Shown here one piece after another: positions 1 through 9,152 of a stretch of 64,000 nt of DNA. Numbering within the stretch: the first letter of the stretch is position 1; the number at the start of each line of letters is the position of its first letter. This stretch comes from Saprospira grandis (GTDB lineage: Bacteria > Bacteroidota > Bacteroidia > Chitinophagales > Saprospiraceae), in the NCBI RefSeq assembly GCF_027594745.1, contig NZ_CP110854.1, positions 1,244,241 to 1,308,240 on the forward strand, in the 5' to 3' direction. The translations under genes and the position numbers were made by a program. The notes under the pieces were generated by a model. The model had not been told where the DNA came from. It saw nothing but the letters and a program-made list of their open reading frames with translations, and made no database searches.

Positions 1-408
1 CCAGAGCTCAAAAACGGCGGCGGCTGTGGCCGTGCCCACCGCAATATTTTCGGCCATAGGGAAAAGCTCCGTTTGGCAAAAGGGCTTAATTTTTTCAAAG
101 GTATCGGCCACTTTTTTTAGTTTTCGGCCTTTGCGGTCATAGAGCCCATGTTCAAAATATCCGTCTATTATCATATCTTTGGCATGATATCTTGCTGCCC
201 AACTGAGTTCCTTAGACCAGCTGAGGGCTGCCAGCCCCCTAGTTTGTCGAAGTTCATTAACGAGTTCTAGCAACTTTTGCTCCTCACTCTTATTAGAAGA
301 TGCGATGCGTTCATTGCCCTGCGGCAAGCCCTTAAAACTCTGCGCCTCTAGGCGAAGGGCCGCCATAGAGAGCAAAGTCAATAGGATAAAGAAGATTTGA
401 AATTGCAT
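1..408 (-). CDS. CAP/SCP (PR-1-like) domain secreted protein, 5' part only; the gene continues beyond the left window edge
   Basis: Minus-strand frame is open from the ATG at 408..406 down to position 1 (136 codons, no stop). Signal-like N-terminus MQFQIFFILLTLLSMAA. CAP-family motifs HAKDMIIDGYFEH and GENIAVG. Absent from the ORF track because it is truncated by the window edge. Confidence 0.5.
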   Translation of the reverse strand, partial: MQFQIFFILLTLLSMAALRLEAQSFKGLPQGNERIASSNKSEEQKLLELVNELRQTRGLAALSWSKELSWAARYHAKDMIIDGYFEHGLYDRKGRKLKKVADTFEKIKPFCQTELFPMAENIAVGTATAAAVFELW

Positions 409-433
409 TGCGCTAAAAGTTAAAATTGAAATA

Positions 434-1903
434 ATGAAACAGCTATTTTGTCTGCTCGTTTTTTTGGGAGCCAGTCTTTTTGCTGAAAGTTGGGCCCAGA
501 CAAACTCTTGTCAAACGGTAGAACTCTATCTTTATGCCAAAGATAACAGCGGCTTGATTGCAGATGCAAATATTCGCTTTTGGCGGCCTGCCGATAGCCT
601 GAGCTACCGCCTAAAAACGGATTCTCTGGGCCGTTGTCGGGCTTGTTTGCCCTTGGCCCAAAAGGAGTATCAGGTCCAAATTCAACACAAAATTTTTTCT
701 AGCCAAACTTTTTCGCTCCAACTCGATGGTAGCGATAGTACGATCTATAAAAAAGTAGGCCTAGACCGTCTGCCTGGCTATTTGCTCGAGCTTAGTATTA
801 CCGAGTTTTTGCAGGGACGAGGCGATAGCCTAGCCGCTGGCGAATATAGCCTAGAGGGTGTCACAATCGAAATCTATAATAAAACGCAGTATAAGCAGGA
901 GCTCCGCCTAGTAGAACACCCCCATCACGAAATTTCTTTTTTGATGGAGCAGGGCAATGAGTACATTTTTATGCTCCGCAAACAGGGCTATTATAGCAAG
1001 CGCATGCGGGCCAATGTGAATGTTAATGATTGCATTTTGTGCATGGAGGGCTTTGGAGAGCTTACGCCTGGGGTGGCCGAATCGCTCACGCAGGACAACA
1101 GCATGGGCACTTTGGTCAGCAATGTGAATTTGAGGCCCTTGGCTGTGGGCGAAAAAATGAAGTTGGACAATATTTACTATGATTATGGGAGCTCGCAAAT
1201 TCGGCCCGAGAGCTATGCCACCCTCGACCAATTGGCCGAGATGATGCGCGACAACCCCAATGTTTATATGGAACTTTCGGCCCATACCGATTGCCGAGGG
1301 AGCAAGGCCTTTAATTTGGAGCTTTCGCAGAATCGAGCCAATAATGTGGTCCAATATATTCAAGAACGCCTCCCCAATGGGGCCGATCGGGTTAAGGCGC
1401 AGGGCTATGGCGAGTCTAAACCCCTCAATTCTTGTGTCGATGGCATTAGCTGTAGCGAGGAGTTGCACCAACAAAATAGACGAACCGAGCTGTTGGTCCT
1501 CGATGTGGTCGATGATGAGGATTATATCAACCGCCCGCTGGCCTCCATCATGCAAGAAGAGCTGGAGTCCGAGATTTTGGCCGCCAATAATAGCTCTTAC
1601 TTTAAAGAAAAGGACCCCAGCCAGCAAAAAGCGCAACAAAAGCCCACGATTCCCGGCCCAATTCCCCCCAATTATAGTGGCTACAAAATTGAGCTGAGTC
1701 GCAGCCAAGAGAGTCCGGCCCTAGACCACCCTATTTTCATGGCCTTTTCAACTGTTTTTCTAGACATTGACGAGCAGGGATTTATCAGTTTTATGGTGGG
1801 CGACTACTCTTCTGAGGAGGAGGTCAATAAGGCCCTAGATAAGTTTCGTTCACGTTTTTCTAAGGCCAAGGCAGTTTATTATAAACTGGGAATTCGACAA
1901 TAA
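434..1903 (+). CDS. OmpA-family peptidoglycan-associated protein with a C-terminal SPOR-like domain
   Basis: Signal peptide MKQLFCLLVFLGASLFAESWAQ. OmpA C-terminal-like block (LDNIYYDYGSSQIRPESYATLDQLAEMM...LSAHTDCRGS...NLELSQNRANNVVQYI...NRRTELLVLD). The last ~80 aa resemble a SPOR septal-PG-binding repeat. Confidence 0.75.
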   Translation: MKQLFCLLVFLGASLFAESWAQTNSCQTVELYLYAKDNSGLIADANIRFWRPADSLSYRLKTDSLGRCRACLPLAQKEYQVQIQHKIFSSQTFSLQLDGSDSTIYKKVGLDRLPGYLLELSITEFLQGRGDSLAAGEYSLEGVTIEIYNKTQYKQELRLVEHPHHEISFLMEQGNEYIFMLRKQGYYSKRMRANVNVNDCILCMEGFGELTPGVAESLTQDNSMGTLVSNVNLRPLAVGEKMKLDNIYYDYGSSQIRPESYATLDQLAEMMRDNPNVYMELSAHTDCRGSKAFNLELSQNRANNVVQYIQERLPNGADRVKAQGYGESKPLNSCVDGISCSEELHQQNRRTELLVLDVVDDEDYINRPLASIMQEELESEILAANNSSYFKEKDPSQQKAQQKPTIPGPIPPNYSGYKIELSRSQESPALDHPIFMAFSTVFLDIDEQGFISFMVGDYSSEEEVNKALDKFRSRFSKAKAVYYKLGIRQ

Positions 1904-1904
1904 T

Positions 1905-2090
1905 TTTTTGGGGCTGCCCCTCGCTTCGCTCGGGTCGGGCTATGTCGCAGCTCGCTGCTCGCTCGGCCCTGCGCTTTTTTCGCTACGCTCAAAAGCTGGG
2001 TCTGGCCTGCGGCCACTGCTATCTATCCCTCAGCCTGCGGCGGCTCTGCCGCCTGTCCACCGCAATTGGGCCAAAAAAAGCCGAGCCTGC
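1905..2090. repeat. GC-rich intergenic repeat family copy (type 1, forward)
   Basis: Begins TTTTGGGGCTGCCCC directly after the stop of the upstream gene. Shares the core GCAGCTCGC..GCTCGGCCCTGCG and GGTCTGGCC..CGGCCAC with other copies. GC-rich island in an AT-richer genome. Confidence 0.8.
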
Positions 2091-2177
2091 TCAAAGCAGA
2101 CTCGACTTCACTTAATAACCCTAAAACCTTAACCTTTGGCTTAAATTGACTTAAGCCTCTGGAAAACCAAAAAACTC

Positions 2178-2624
2178 TTACTGAACCTGAATACTGATTT
2201 TCTCTTTTTTAGGCTCCTGCTTTTTAGGAACCTCTAGTTGGAGAATGCCATTTTCATAGCTAGCAGTAATACTTTCTAAGTCGTATTTATTAGATAAACG
2301 GAGCTTGCGCTCAAAGGTTGTAAAGGCAAACTCTCTTCGTCTAACTTTAACATTTTCAGGCAGTTCCTTAACATTTCTATTGGCTGAGATATGCAGAAGG
2401 TCCTTCTCTAGCTCCAATTTAAAATCTTCTTTTTGGAAGCCTGGAGCCGCTAGTTCTAGCAAAAGGCCAGCTTCTGTCTCAAAAACATTGAGCATAGGTT
2501 GCTGATGGGCTTGGTCTTGACCAAAAAACTGTTGTAGGGGTTCTTGCTTGAGCAGTTGCTCTAGCTCTTTACCAAATTCATTGAAGGGGAAACCAAAGAA
2601 GTGATTTGCTTTTGCGTTTTTCAT
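2178..2624 (-). CDS. Hsp20/alpha-crystallin family small heat-shock protein
   Basis: 148 aa. Alpha-crystallin domain pattern (NVFETEAGLLLELAAPGFQKEDFKLELE...GILQLEVPK). Confidence 0.85.
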   Translation of the reverse strand: MKNAKANHFFGFPFNEFGKELEQLLKQEPLQQFFGQDQAHQQPMLNVFETEAGLLLELAAPGFQKEDFKLELEKDLLHISANRNVKELPENVKVRRREFAFTTFERKLRLSNKYDLESITASYENGILQLEVPKKQEPKKEKISIQVQ

Positions 2625-2834
2625 AGCTCTATTATTTTTCTTACTCTTTTACTATTTAAGCTGGCCTTGGGCCAGTATGTCTATCGAAGCTTCATCCTTG
2701 ATTAGACAAGTTTGGGACCAAGGGCCAAAAGAAGAAAAATAACTGTCAAAATGGCAAAAATACAAAGGGAATACTGACAAAATGTCAAAAACGGTAGTTT
2801 TGAGCTGTCATTTTGGTCCAATTGCGGTTTTACA

Positions 2835-2974
2835 GGGCGCGCAGCGCCCGCAGGCCTAGCGATGTGCAGCAGTGGCCGTCAGGCCAGACCAAGGCGCTCT
2901 AAGCGCCGCAGGGCCGAGCGAATAGCGAGCTGCGGAACGTAGCGCCCGCCGAAGGCGGGAGGCCCCAAAAAAAA
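2835..2974. repeat. GC-rich intergenic repeat family copy (reverse orientation)
   Basis: Reverse complement of the family core (..GGCCAGACC.., ..CAGGGCCGAGCGAATAGCGAGCTGCG..), ending GAGGCCCCAAAAAAAA. Confidence 0.8.
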
Positions 2975-3004
2975 TCCCCTCTCTAAACGAAAGGGGATCT
3001 AGTT

Positions 3005-5116
3005 TTACTTTTTCAGTTTCATATAATCCTTAAGGATAAAGGCGACCTCTTCGAGGTAAGCGTCTTTTTCTAAGCCAGCATGCCATTTCTCAAAGCTTTT
3101 GGCCTTCACGCTATCGAGAGCGATTTGTTCCTTATCGGCCTTGAGGTTATAGATAGAAAAGTCCTCAATTTTGGGCATCATATCCTTATACTGCTCGGCC
3201 TCCTTATCGGTTTTGGCCTGATGGGCCTCGTAATCTTCTAGCTGAAGCGGATAAACGGTTTCGCTTTGTTGTTTTTCCAGCCATTTTCCGTGCTCTTCTA
3301 GCAACTGGAAAGTTTTGCTTTTTGCTTGGCGTTTTGCGCTTTTGCTTTGCAATTTGGGCAAAGCCTTCATTTTCTTTTTATGATAATTGGCCGGATCAAT
3401 TTCGGACCAAGCCATGGGATAATCCTCGTCTTTTTCGCCTACTTTGAGGTAGCTATAGCTACCGGGCAGCACGATATCGGGTTCTACCCCTTTGAGCTGG
3501 GTAGAGCCGCCATTGATGCGATAGAACTTTTGAATTGTAATTTTGAGGCTACCGAGTGCGCCCAAATCTTTGTAGCGAGGCGGCACCACCGCATCTAGAT
3601 CCATAAAGCGCTGCACAGTTCCCTTACCAAAAGTAGAGGGGCTCGTGCCGACAATAATGGCGCGGCCATAGTCCTGCAAAGCGGCCGCCATAATCTCGGA
3701 AGCCGAGGCAGAATAGGCATTTACGAGAATAATGAGGGGCCCTTTATAGAGGGCGCCGGCCTCTTTATCTTCTAGCACATAGGGGCGATTATCGCGGCTT
3801 TTGACCTGTACCACGGGGCCACGGTCAATAAATAGGCCGGTCATTTTGACCACATCAGAGAGCGATCCGCCGCCATTAAAGCGCAGGTCGATAACGATAC
3901 CATCAATATTTTCTTGGAGTAATTTGCGTACCTCCGCTTCTACATCTGTGGCGCAACGGCGGCCATTAGGATCTTGGAAATCTGCATAAAAGCTACGCAG
4001 ATCAATAAGGCCCATTTTCACGCCGGCCTTTTTGTGTTCTACGATAGCCGATTTGGCGTAACTTTCTTCTAGGACCACCACATCACGGATGATTGGAATC
4101 ACCTTAGTTTCGCCACTTGTTTTCTTGACCGTTAGGCGCACCTCGGTGCCTTTTTTGCCTCGGATCATGGGCAAAACGTCATCAATGCGCATATCGACTA
4201 CATTGACGGCCTCTTCATTGCCTTGGGCCACCTTAATAATTTTGTCATTCACCTCTAGCTCGCCCTGTTTCCAAGAGGCTGAGCCGGGCACAATATTCAC
4301 CACCTTAATGTAGCCATCTTCTTGGCGAAGTTGGGCACCGATTCCCTCTAATTTGCCCGACATACGGATATTAAAGTTCTCTTTTTCGAGTGGGGGAAAA
4401 TAGCCAGAGTGTGGTTCGTGGGCATTGGCAAAGGCATTGACATAATTGGCAATACGGTCGTCACGGCTATCTTTCTTGATATTTTCTGACCATTCTCGGT
4501 AGCTTTTGAGCAGCTTTTCGCGCTCCTCTTTTTCTATTTCCTCAAAGGTTTTGATGCTATCGACTTCCTCGCCTTTTTCTTGAGCTTTTTCTTGTCGCTC
4601 GAGGCGGTCATGCACACGGCCAAGGACCTGTAATTTGAGGTAATCGTACCAGCGGGCTTTTAGTTCTTCGGGATCCTTAAGGAACTCTAATTTTTCGCCA
4701 TCCATAAAGCGAAAGGGTTGGGCCAAAATGTCTTCATAATAGCCTTCTACCTGCTTAATTCTTTCGTCAAAGGTATTATTGACCAGATTAAAAAAGCTAA
4801 AATCGCCAGCTTGGGCGGCATCATCGAGTTTAAATTTAAAGTCTTCAAACTTTTTGACATCATCGGCCAAGAAAAAGCGCTTATTGAGATCCATCCGCTT
4901 GAGGTAAAGGGTATAGACCTTTTCAGAAAACTCATCATTGATGGCTTCTGGCGCATAATGGTTGTAGCGCATACTTTGGAGCACCACTTCGAGCAGCAAT
5001 TCTTCTCGGTTAGAGAGGTCGCCACTAATTTGGGGTTGATTATCTTGCCCTTGCTGCCAGCGGAAGGCAATAAGTAGGCTACAAGCGGCAGTAATTAAGA
5101 GGAGTTTACGGATCAT
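3005..5116 (-). CDS. S41 family C-terminal processing (tail-specific) peptidase
   Basis: 703 aa with signal peptide. S41 catalytic block ILVNAYSASASEIMAAALQDYGRAIIVGTSPSTFGKGTVQ. PDZ-like region upstream. Confidence 0.85.
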   Translation of the reverse strand: MIRKLLLITAACSLLIAFRWQQGQDNQPQISGDLSNREELLLEVVLQSMRYNHYAPEAINDEFSEKVYTLYLKRMDLNKRFFLADDVKKFEDFKFKLDDAAQAGDFSFFNLVNNTFDERIKQVEGYYEDILAQPFRFMDGEKLEFLKDPEELKARWYDYLKLQVLGRVHDRLERQEKAQEKGEEVDSIKTFEEIEKEEREKLLKSYREWSENIKKDSRDDRIANYVNAFANAHEPHSGYFPPLEKENFNIRMSGKLEGIGAQLRQEDGYIKVVNIVPGSASWKQGELEVNDKIIKVAQGNEEAVNVVDMRIDDVLPMIRGKKGTEVRLTVKKTSGETKVIPIIRDVVVLEESYAKSAIVEHKKAGVKMGLIDLRSFYADFQDPNGRRCATDVEAEVRKLLQENIDGIVIDLRFNGGGSLSDVVKMTGLFIDRGPVVQVKSRDNRPYVLEDKEAGALYKGPLIILVNAYSASASEIMAAALQDYGRAIIVGTSPSTFGKGTVQRFMDLDAVVPPRYKDLGALGSLKITIQKFYRINGGSTQLKGVEPDIVLPGSYSYLKVGEKDEDYPMAWSEIDPANYHKKKMKALPKLQSKSAKRQAKSKTFQLLEEHGKWLEKQQSETVYPLQLEDYEAHQAKTDKEAEQYKDMMPKIEDFSIYNLKADKEQIALDSVKAKSFEKWHAGLEKDAYLEEVAFILKDYMKLKK

Positions 5117-5334
5117 AACTATAGTTCTGTTGATTAAGCGGAGGGCAAAAAAGAAGATAGCGTATTTTTGTTAAAATTTGCAGTTTCTAGATTTGATTGG
5201 GCCGTAAAATAGGGCCATTCATTTTGCTTTAACAAATTTTAATACGCTAGAACGATATTTTTAGTTGATTTCTTAGAAAAATTTGGGCCAAATCAATTTT
5301 GCCTTAGGCAAAAGCCTTTTTATTTCTTTGTGAG

Positions 5335-5470
5335 TTTTTTTTGGGGCTGCCCCGCCCTGCGGGCGGGTCGGGCTATGTCGCAGCTCGCAGGTCTGCTCGG
5401 CCCTGCGCTTTTTTCGCTTCGCTCAAAAAGCTGGGTCTGGCCTTCGGCCACTGCTATCTATCCCTCAGCC
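5335..5470. repeat. GC-rich intergenic repeat family copy (type 1, forward)
   Basis: TTTTGGGGCTGCCCCGCCCTGCGGGCGGGTCGGGCTATGTCGCAGCTCGCAGGTCTGCTCGGCCCTGCG...GGGTCTGGCCTTCGGCCACTGCTATC. Confidence 0.8.
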
Positions 5471-5711
5471 AGATTTAATTGCACTGCTTTGGCTATAGTT
5501 TGCTATGAATTTTTGGCTAGACCAGCTATTTTTTAAGGGCATAGCCTTCGCTATGGCCGAGAAAAATAGGGCCGACTAGCGGAAAATTGCTGCAAACTAT
5601 AAAAGTGAGTGCATTTAAATTTGGCTATGGCCTGCGGCCCTTTGGGCCTGCTAAACGCAAAAGCCCCAATTTGCTAAAGCAAATTGGGGCTTGGGCCAGG
5701 GGGGCTCGGTC

Positions 5712-6329
5712 TTACTGTATGGCTTCATTAAGGACTTGAAGGCGTTGAGACACTTCTTGTCCGGCCTCATTATAGAGGCGGAAAATATAGTAGCCATCTT
5801 CAAAAGTTTTGAGATTGATGGCCTTATAATTATTACCTGGAGTCAGTTGCATTTTATTTTGGGCCACTAATTCTAGGCTTTGGGCCTCATAAATTTCAAA
5901 GTCGAGCTCTTGAGCTTCTTGGGCTTTCACGCCAAAGAGGAAATAGCCTTCTTGCACGGGTTCTGGCGACATACTAAGCGTCACGGGCAATTCCTTTTGT
6001 TTATTTTCGGCCCCCATCAGGCTAGCGAGCAGCCGTTGGCTAAAGGCGGCATCGCCTGCGCTTCGGTCGGCGGGAGCTAAGGCCTCGATAGGTTCTTTAA
6101 AGAGCTCGGCGGGAACTTGGTCTTCTACTTTACTAATGGGCAGGCTTTCAAATTTTTCTACAACCAATGTCTTTACGTCAAGTTTACCTCTTTGGGCAGA
6201 CTCGGTAATAATCGTTTCGGTTTTAATGGCAGTAGCAGCACTATCTTCTGCATTTTCGCAGTCACATTGGCAGCCATAGGCCAAAAAAGCCATTGTGGCA
6301 GAAAGGTAAATTGCTTTTTTAAACATCAT
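5712..6329 (-). CDS. Secreted protein with a T9SS C-terminal sorting domain (paralog 1 of a tandem array)
   Basis: Signal peptide. C-terminal ~80 aa (FEIYEAQSLELVAQNKMQLTPGNNYKAINLKTFEDGYYIFRLYNEAGQEVSQRLQV) match a Por_Secre_tail-like CTD and are conserved with the next three genes. Confidence 0.65.
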   Translation of the reverse strand: MMFKKAIYLSATMAFLAYGCQCDCENAEDSAATAIKTETIITESAQRGKLDVKTLVVEKFESLPISKVEDQVPAELFKEPIEALAPADRSAGDAAFSQRLLASLMGAENKQKELPVTLSMSPEPVQEGYFLFGVKAQEAQELDFEIYEAQSLELVAQNKMQLTPGNNYKAINLKTFEDGYYIFRLYNEAGQEVSQRLQVLNEAIQ

Positions 6330-6427
6330 TTTAATTTTAGGGCCAATAATCGGTTAAAAAAAAGAGCGTACTGTATGTACAGCCGCTCTTTTCAAATATT
6401 TTGTTTAGGCAAAAAACGGCCTAAAAA

Positions 6428-6970
6428 TTAGTCACGTTTGATCACGACTGTATTAGTCATTTCTTTACCAGCCTCGTCTTTTAGCTTGAAGAAATACTTA
6501 CCTTCTTCTAGGCTAGTTACATTGAGGGCTTTGTAATTGTGACCTTGGTTGAGGCTAAACTTGTTGTTGGCGGCTAGTTCGAAACCTTCTTCATCGTACA
6601 TCTCGAACATAACATCTTTAGCTTCTTCTGCTTTGAGGCCAAAAACGAACATATCGTCTACGGCTTTATCTTCCATAGTGAGTTCGATACCAGCAAGTTG
6701 GTCTTCTTTTTCGGCAGACATCAAAGAGCTGTGGATATCGTTTACTGCATCTTCGCTTTGCTTAGCGTTTGCTTTTTTGGCTTCTACAACGAAAACGTCT
6801 TCAGCAGTGATCGCTACATCTGCACCTTGGAACTGAACAGTTTGTACACCACGAGTGCTATTTACGTTCTTGATATTTACGGCAGTAGCAGCTTGTTGGC
6901 TATCAGAGCCACAAGAGCCCATAGTGAATAGTACGGCGGCAGCGAGGAGGAAGCTTGACAACTTTTTCAT
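6428..6970 (-). CDS. T9SS C-terminal sorting domain protein (paralog 2)
   Basis: 180 aa. Lipoprotein-type signal. CTD FEMYDEEGFELAANNKFSLNQGHNYKALNVTSLEEGKYFFKLKDEAGKEMTNTVVI. Confidence 0.65.
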   Translation of the reverse strand: MKKLSSFLLAAAVLFTMGSCGSDSQQAATAVNIKNVNSTRGVQTVQFQGADVAITAEDVFVVEAKKANAKQSEDAVNDIHSSLMSAEKEDQLAGIELTMEDKAVDDMFVFGLKAEEAKDVMFEMYDEEGFELAANNKFSLNQGHNYKALNVTSLEEGKYFFKLKDEAGKEMTNTVVIKRD

Positions 6971-7135
6971 AAGAGGTGGTTTTAATGTGATAGTAAATAA
7001 TAGGTTTTGGCTTTTAGGGCCAGTTGTTTTGGGGTGTATGGCGGTTAAAACAATGGGGTTTAATCCGCTCTATGTATGTTTATGGCAAAAGTACTGACTT
7101 TGTTACCTTTAAATCGGTTTTTTTTTCATTTTTTT

Positions 7136-7678
7136 TCAGACTTCCACTAAACCTAAATAGATTATTTCTATAGAATTGGCCACAAGTAAGATATAGGGGC
7201 CAGACTCTAGGCTAGCTGTAGGAATGAGCAGATTTGTTTTTCCTTTGGGCAGTGCGGTAGTTTCTTTAGCTAGGCGATTAAAGCCGTCTTGGTCAAAAAA
7301 CTGAAACTCTAGGTCCATGTCTTCGGTGGTTGCTAGCTCTAGGTAGAGGTAATCATTACCTTCTTTTTTGTAGGCTAGTTGAATAGGGCTTTCATTGAGT
7401 TGGTCGGCCTTAGCGAGTAGTTCTCTAAACTGTGCTTGGCTTTTGCTCGATAGGCTTCCCTTGCCTCTTAAAAAGAGTTTAACTTCCTTGAGTTCCCGAT
7501 CAACGGTTGTTAAGTGTTGAAGCTCTGGGAAATCAGAAAAGTAGACCTGTTGCCCTCTGACACTACTATCTGCCTGCAAGCCTTCAATATTGACTTCTGG
7601 CCTAGGGGCGGCCCCTGGTCCACAAGCGCTGACCAAAAGAAGCAGGACAAAATAAATAATGCGATGTTTTAGACACAT
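7136..7678 (-). CDS. T9SS C-terminal sorting domain protein (paralog 3, more divergent)
   Basis: 180 aa. Lipobox LLVSAC. C-terminal FQFFDQDGF...SGPYILLVANSIEIIYLGLVEV is related to the neighbours. Confidence 0.5.
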   Translation of the reverse strand: MCLKHRIIYFVLLLLVSACGPGAAPRPEVNIEGLQADSSVRGQQVYFSDFPELQHLTTVDRELKEVKLFLRGKGSLSSKSQAQFRELLAKADQLNESPIQLAYKKEGNDYLYLELATTEDMDLEFQFFDQDGFNRLAKETTALPKGKTNLLIPTASLESGPYILLVANSIEIIYLGLVEV

Positions 7679-7921
7679 TGGGAGTGATATTTATAGACAA
7701 ATTGTCTGTCGGTGAGAAGTATAATTCAGTTGTTAGACAGTTGCTTAGCTTCTGTAGCTGATTTAGAGAGGAGATTTTCTTTTTCAGGTCACCGAATAAC
7801 ACTTCTTAGGGAGATCAATATAAGCATATTTAACGAGCCTTTAAGGTATTTTATCACAAAAAAGGACAGCTTTTCAAGAGGCTGTCCTTTTAGTGGTTCA
7901 TAGGCTTATATTCTAGCTAAA

Positions 7922-8464
7922 CTACTCTCTTTCAATAGAAAACATTTGGTTTAGCTCGGCGCCGGCTTGGTTTTTCAGTTTGAAGTAATAAGTTCCTTCT
8001 TTGAGGCTACTTACTTTGATGGCTTTATAGTTTTTGCCTTCAGTTACTTCAATGCTATTATTGGCGGCCAATTCAAATCCTTCCTCATCATACATTTCAA
8101 AGGTTAGATTTTCTTCGGTAGTTGATTCTAGGGAGAAGGCAAAAATATCATTTACGGGACCTTCGGCCATAGTCATTTTAACGTCTAGTTTCTGTGCTTC
8201 ATTTTCGGCTTTGGCCAAAGAGCGCATAATGCCCGTAACGGCTTCTTCATTTTACTTATCCTTAGCTTTTAGGATAATCATATCCTCGGCGGGGATGCTC
8301 ACGGCATCGCCGGCAATGCTAAACTTTTGTGCGCCGCGGGTTTCTTCTAGATTGATGGTTCCCGTCATGCTACTTCCTGCTTTTTTGGCTAGGTCGTCGC
8401 CACAGCTACTGAGGCTAAAAAGAATCATGGCGCTAAAGAGGAAAAGTAAATTGAGTTTCTTCAT
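7922..8464 (-). pseudogene. T9SS C-terminal sorting domain paralog 4, interrupted by an in-frame TAA
   Basis: ORFs 8252..8464 and 7922..8227 are in the same frame, separated by a single TAA (plus-strand tta at 8252..8254). The joined product is ~180 aa, collinear with paralog 2 (...KAKDK*NEEAVTGIMRSLAKAENE...FEMYDEEGFELAANNSIEVTEGKNYKAIKVSSLKEGTYYFKLKNQAGAEL). Confidence 0.6.
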
Positions 8465-8587
8465 GGTTGGTGCGATTTAAAAGTTGCTTTTTATAATTTT
8501 TCTATTGATTTTGCTATCTTATTTGGGTTGGCCTTTGGGCTCAACCGTTTAATATTTTACTATTTTCTGGTCCTAATATCAAAAATA

Positions 8588-8902
8588 ATGCAAAACCAAG
8601 ATAAACAAGAACTTAATATTCAGATTTCTGAAGAAGTAGCCGATGGCATTTATTCTAACTTGGCCATCATCAGTCATTCTCCGGATGAGGTGGTTTTAGA
8701 TTTTGTTCGTTTGGTCCCTAACATTGATCATGCTCGGGTAAAGTCTAGAGTATTAATGAGTCCACATCATGCCAAGCGTTTATTGGCGGCTTTATCGGAT
8801 AATTTGCAGCGTTATGAGCAAGAGTTTGGTCCGATTCAAGACCCTAGAAACAGCAGCCGCAATAGCAGTTTGTCTTATTCTGGACCTAAGGGGCAAGCTT
8901 AA
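8588..8902 (+). CDS. DUF3467-like conserved hypothetical protein
   Basis: Likely start MQNQDKQELN. Motif DGIYSNLAIISHSPDEVVLDFV...VKSRVLMSPHHAKRLLAAL resembles the DUF3467 family. The upstream extension in the ORF track is probably untranslated. Confidence 0.5.
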   Translation: MQNQDKQELNIQISEEVADGIYSNLAIISHSPDEVVLDFVRLVPNIDHARVKSRVLMSPHHAKRLLAALSDNLQRYEQEFGPIQDPRNSSRNSSLSYSGPKGQA

Positions 8903-8979
8903 ATTAATGCCGCCCAAAATCAAGCCAAAAGCCCTTTTAAGGGCTTTTTTTTATGGCCCTAAGGATATTTTTTAGATAA

Positions 8980-9147
8980 GGCGGCCAAGCCGCCGCAGAG
9001 GAGCGCAGCGACTTGGCTGAGGGGCTGTAGCAGGGCCGCCGAAGGCGGCAGACCGAACAGGCGCAGCCTGTGAAGGGCCGAGCAGACCTGCGAGCTGCGC
9101 AATGGCCCGACCCAAGGCCGAAGGCCGCAGGGGCAGCCCCAAAAAAA
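8980..9147. repeat. GC-rich intergenic repeat family copy (reverse)
   Basis: ..GCTGAGGGGCTGTAGCAGGGCCGCCGAAGGCGGCAGACC...CAGGGCCGAGCAGACCTGCGAGCTGCGCAATGGCCCGACCC..GGGGCAGCCCCAAAAAAA. Ends 6 bp before the stop of gene 9153..10988. Confidence 0.8.
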
Positions 9148-9152
9148 GCGCA

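Noticed and set aside
908-1708. Long antisense or overlapping ORFs inside well-supported genes. Examples are 908..1708(-), 1260..1697(+), 3326..3598(+), 10311..10658(+), 14005..14460(+), 17472..17876(+), 30581..31180(-), 33906..34475(+), 38546..39067(+), 52188..52889(+) and 58112..58985(+).
   Set aside because: Each lies opposite or out of frame within a gene with strong family-level evidence. Their amino-acid composition is skewed (Arg/Ser/Leu-rich or Gly/Ala-rich) in the way expected for antisense reading of coding DNA. None has recognisable motifs.
1908-2132. Six-frame ORFs lying wholly or mostly inside the GC-rich repeat copies. Examples are 1908..2132, 5330..5536, 8959..9304, 11553..11744, 13662..13943, 17087..17413, 23190..23384, 32466..32736, 37113..37319, 39652..39886, 44624..45001, 45785..46028, 51238..51933, 56788..57392 and 61429..61668.
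   Set aside because: They are translations of repeated, GC-rich, hairpin-forming DNA. The same peptide motifs recur in whichever frame the repeat happens to land (e.g. ALFSLRSK, GLLGPA). They have no start or RBS context, and many overlap each other on both strands. They are artefacts of the repeat family, not genes.
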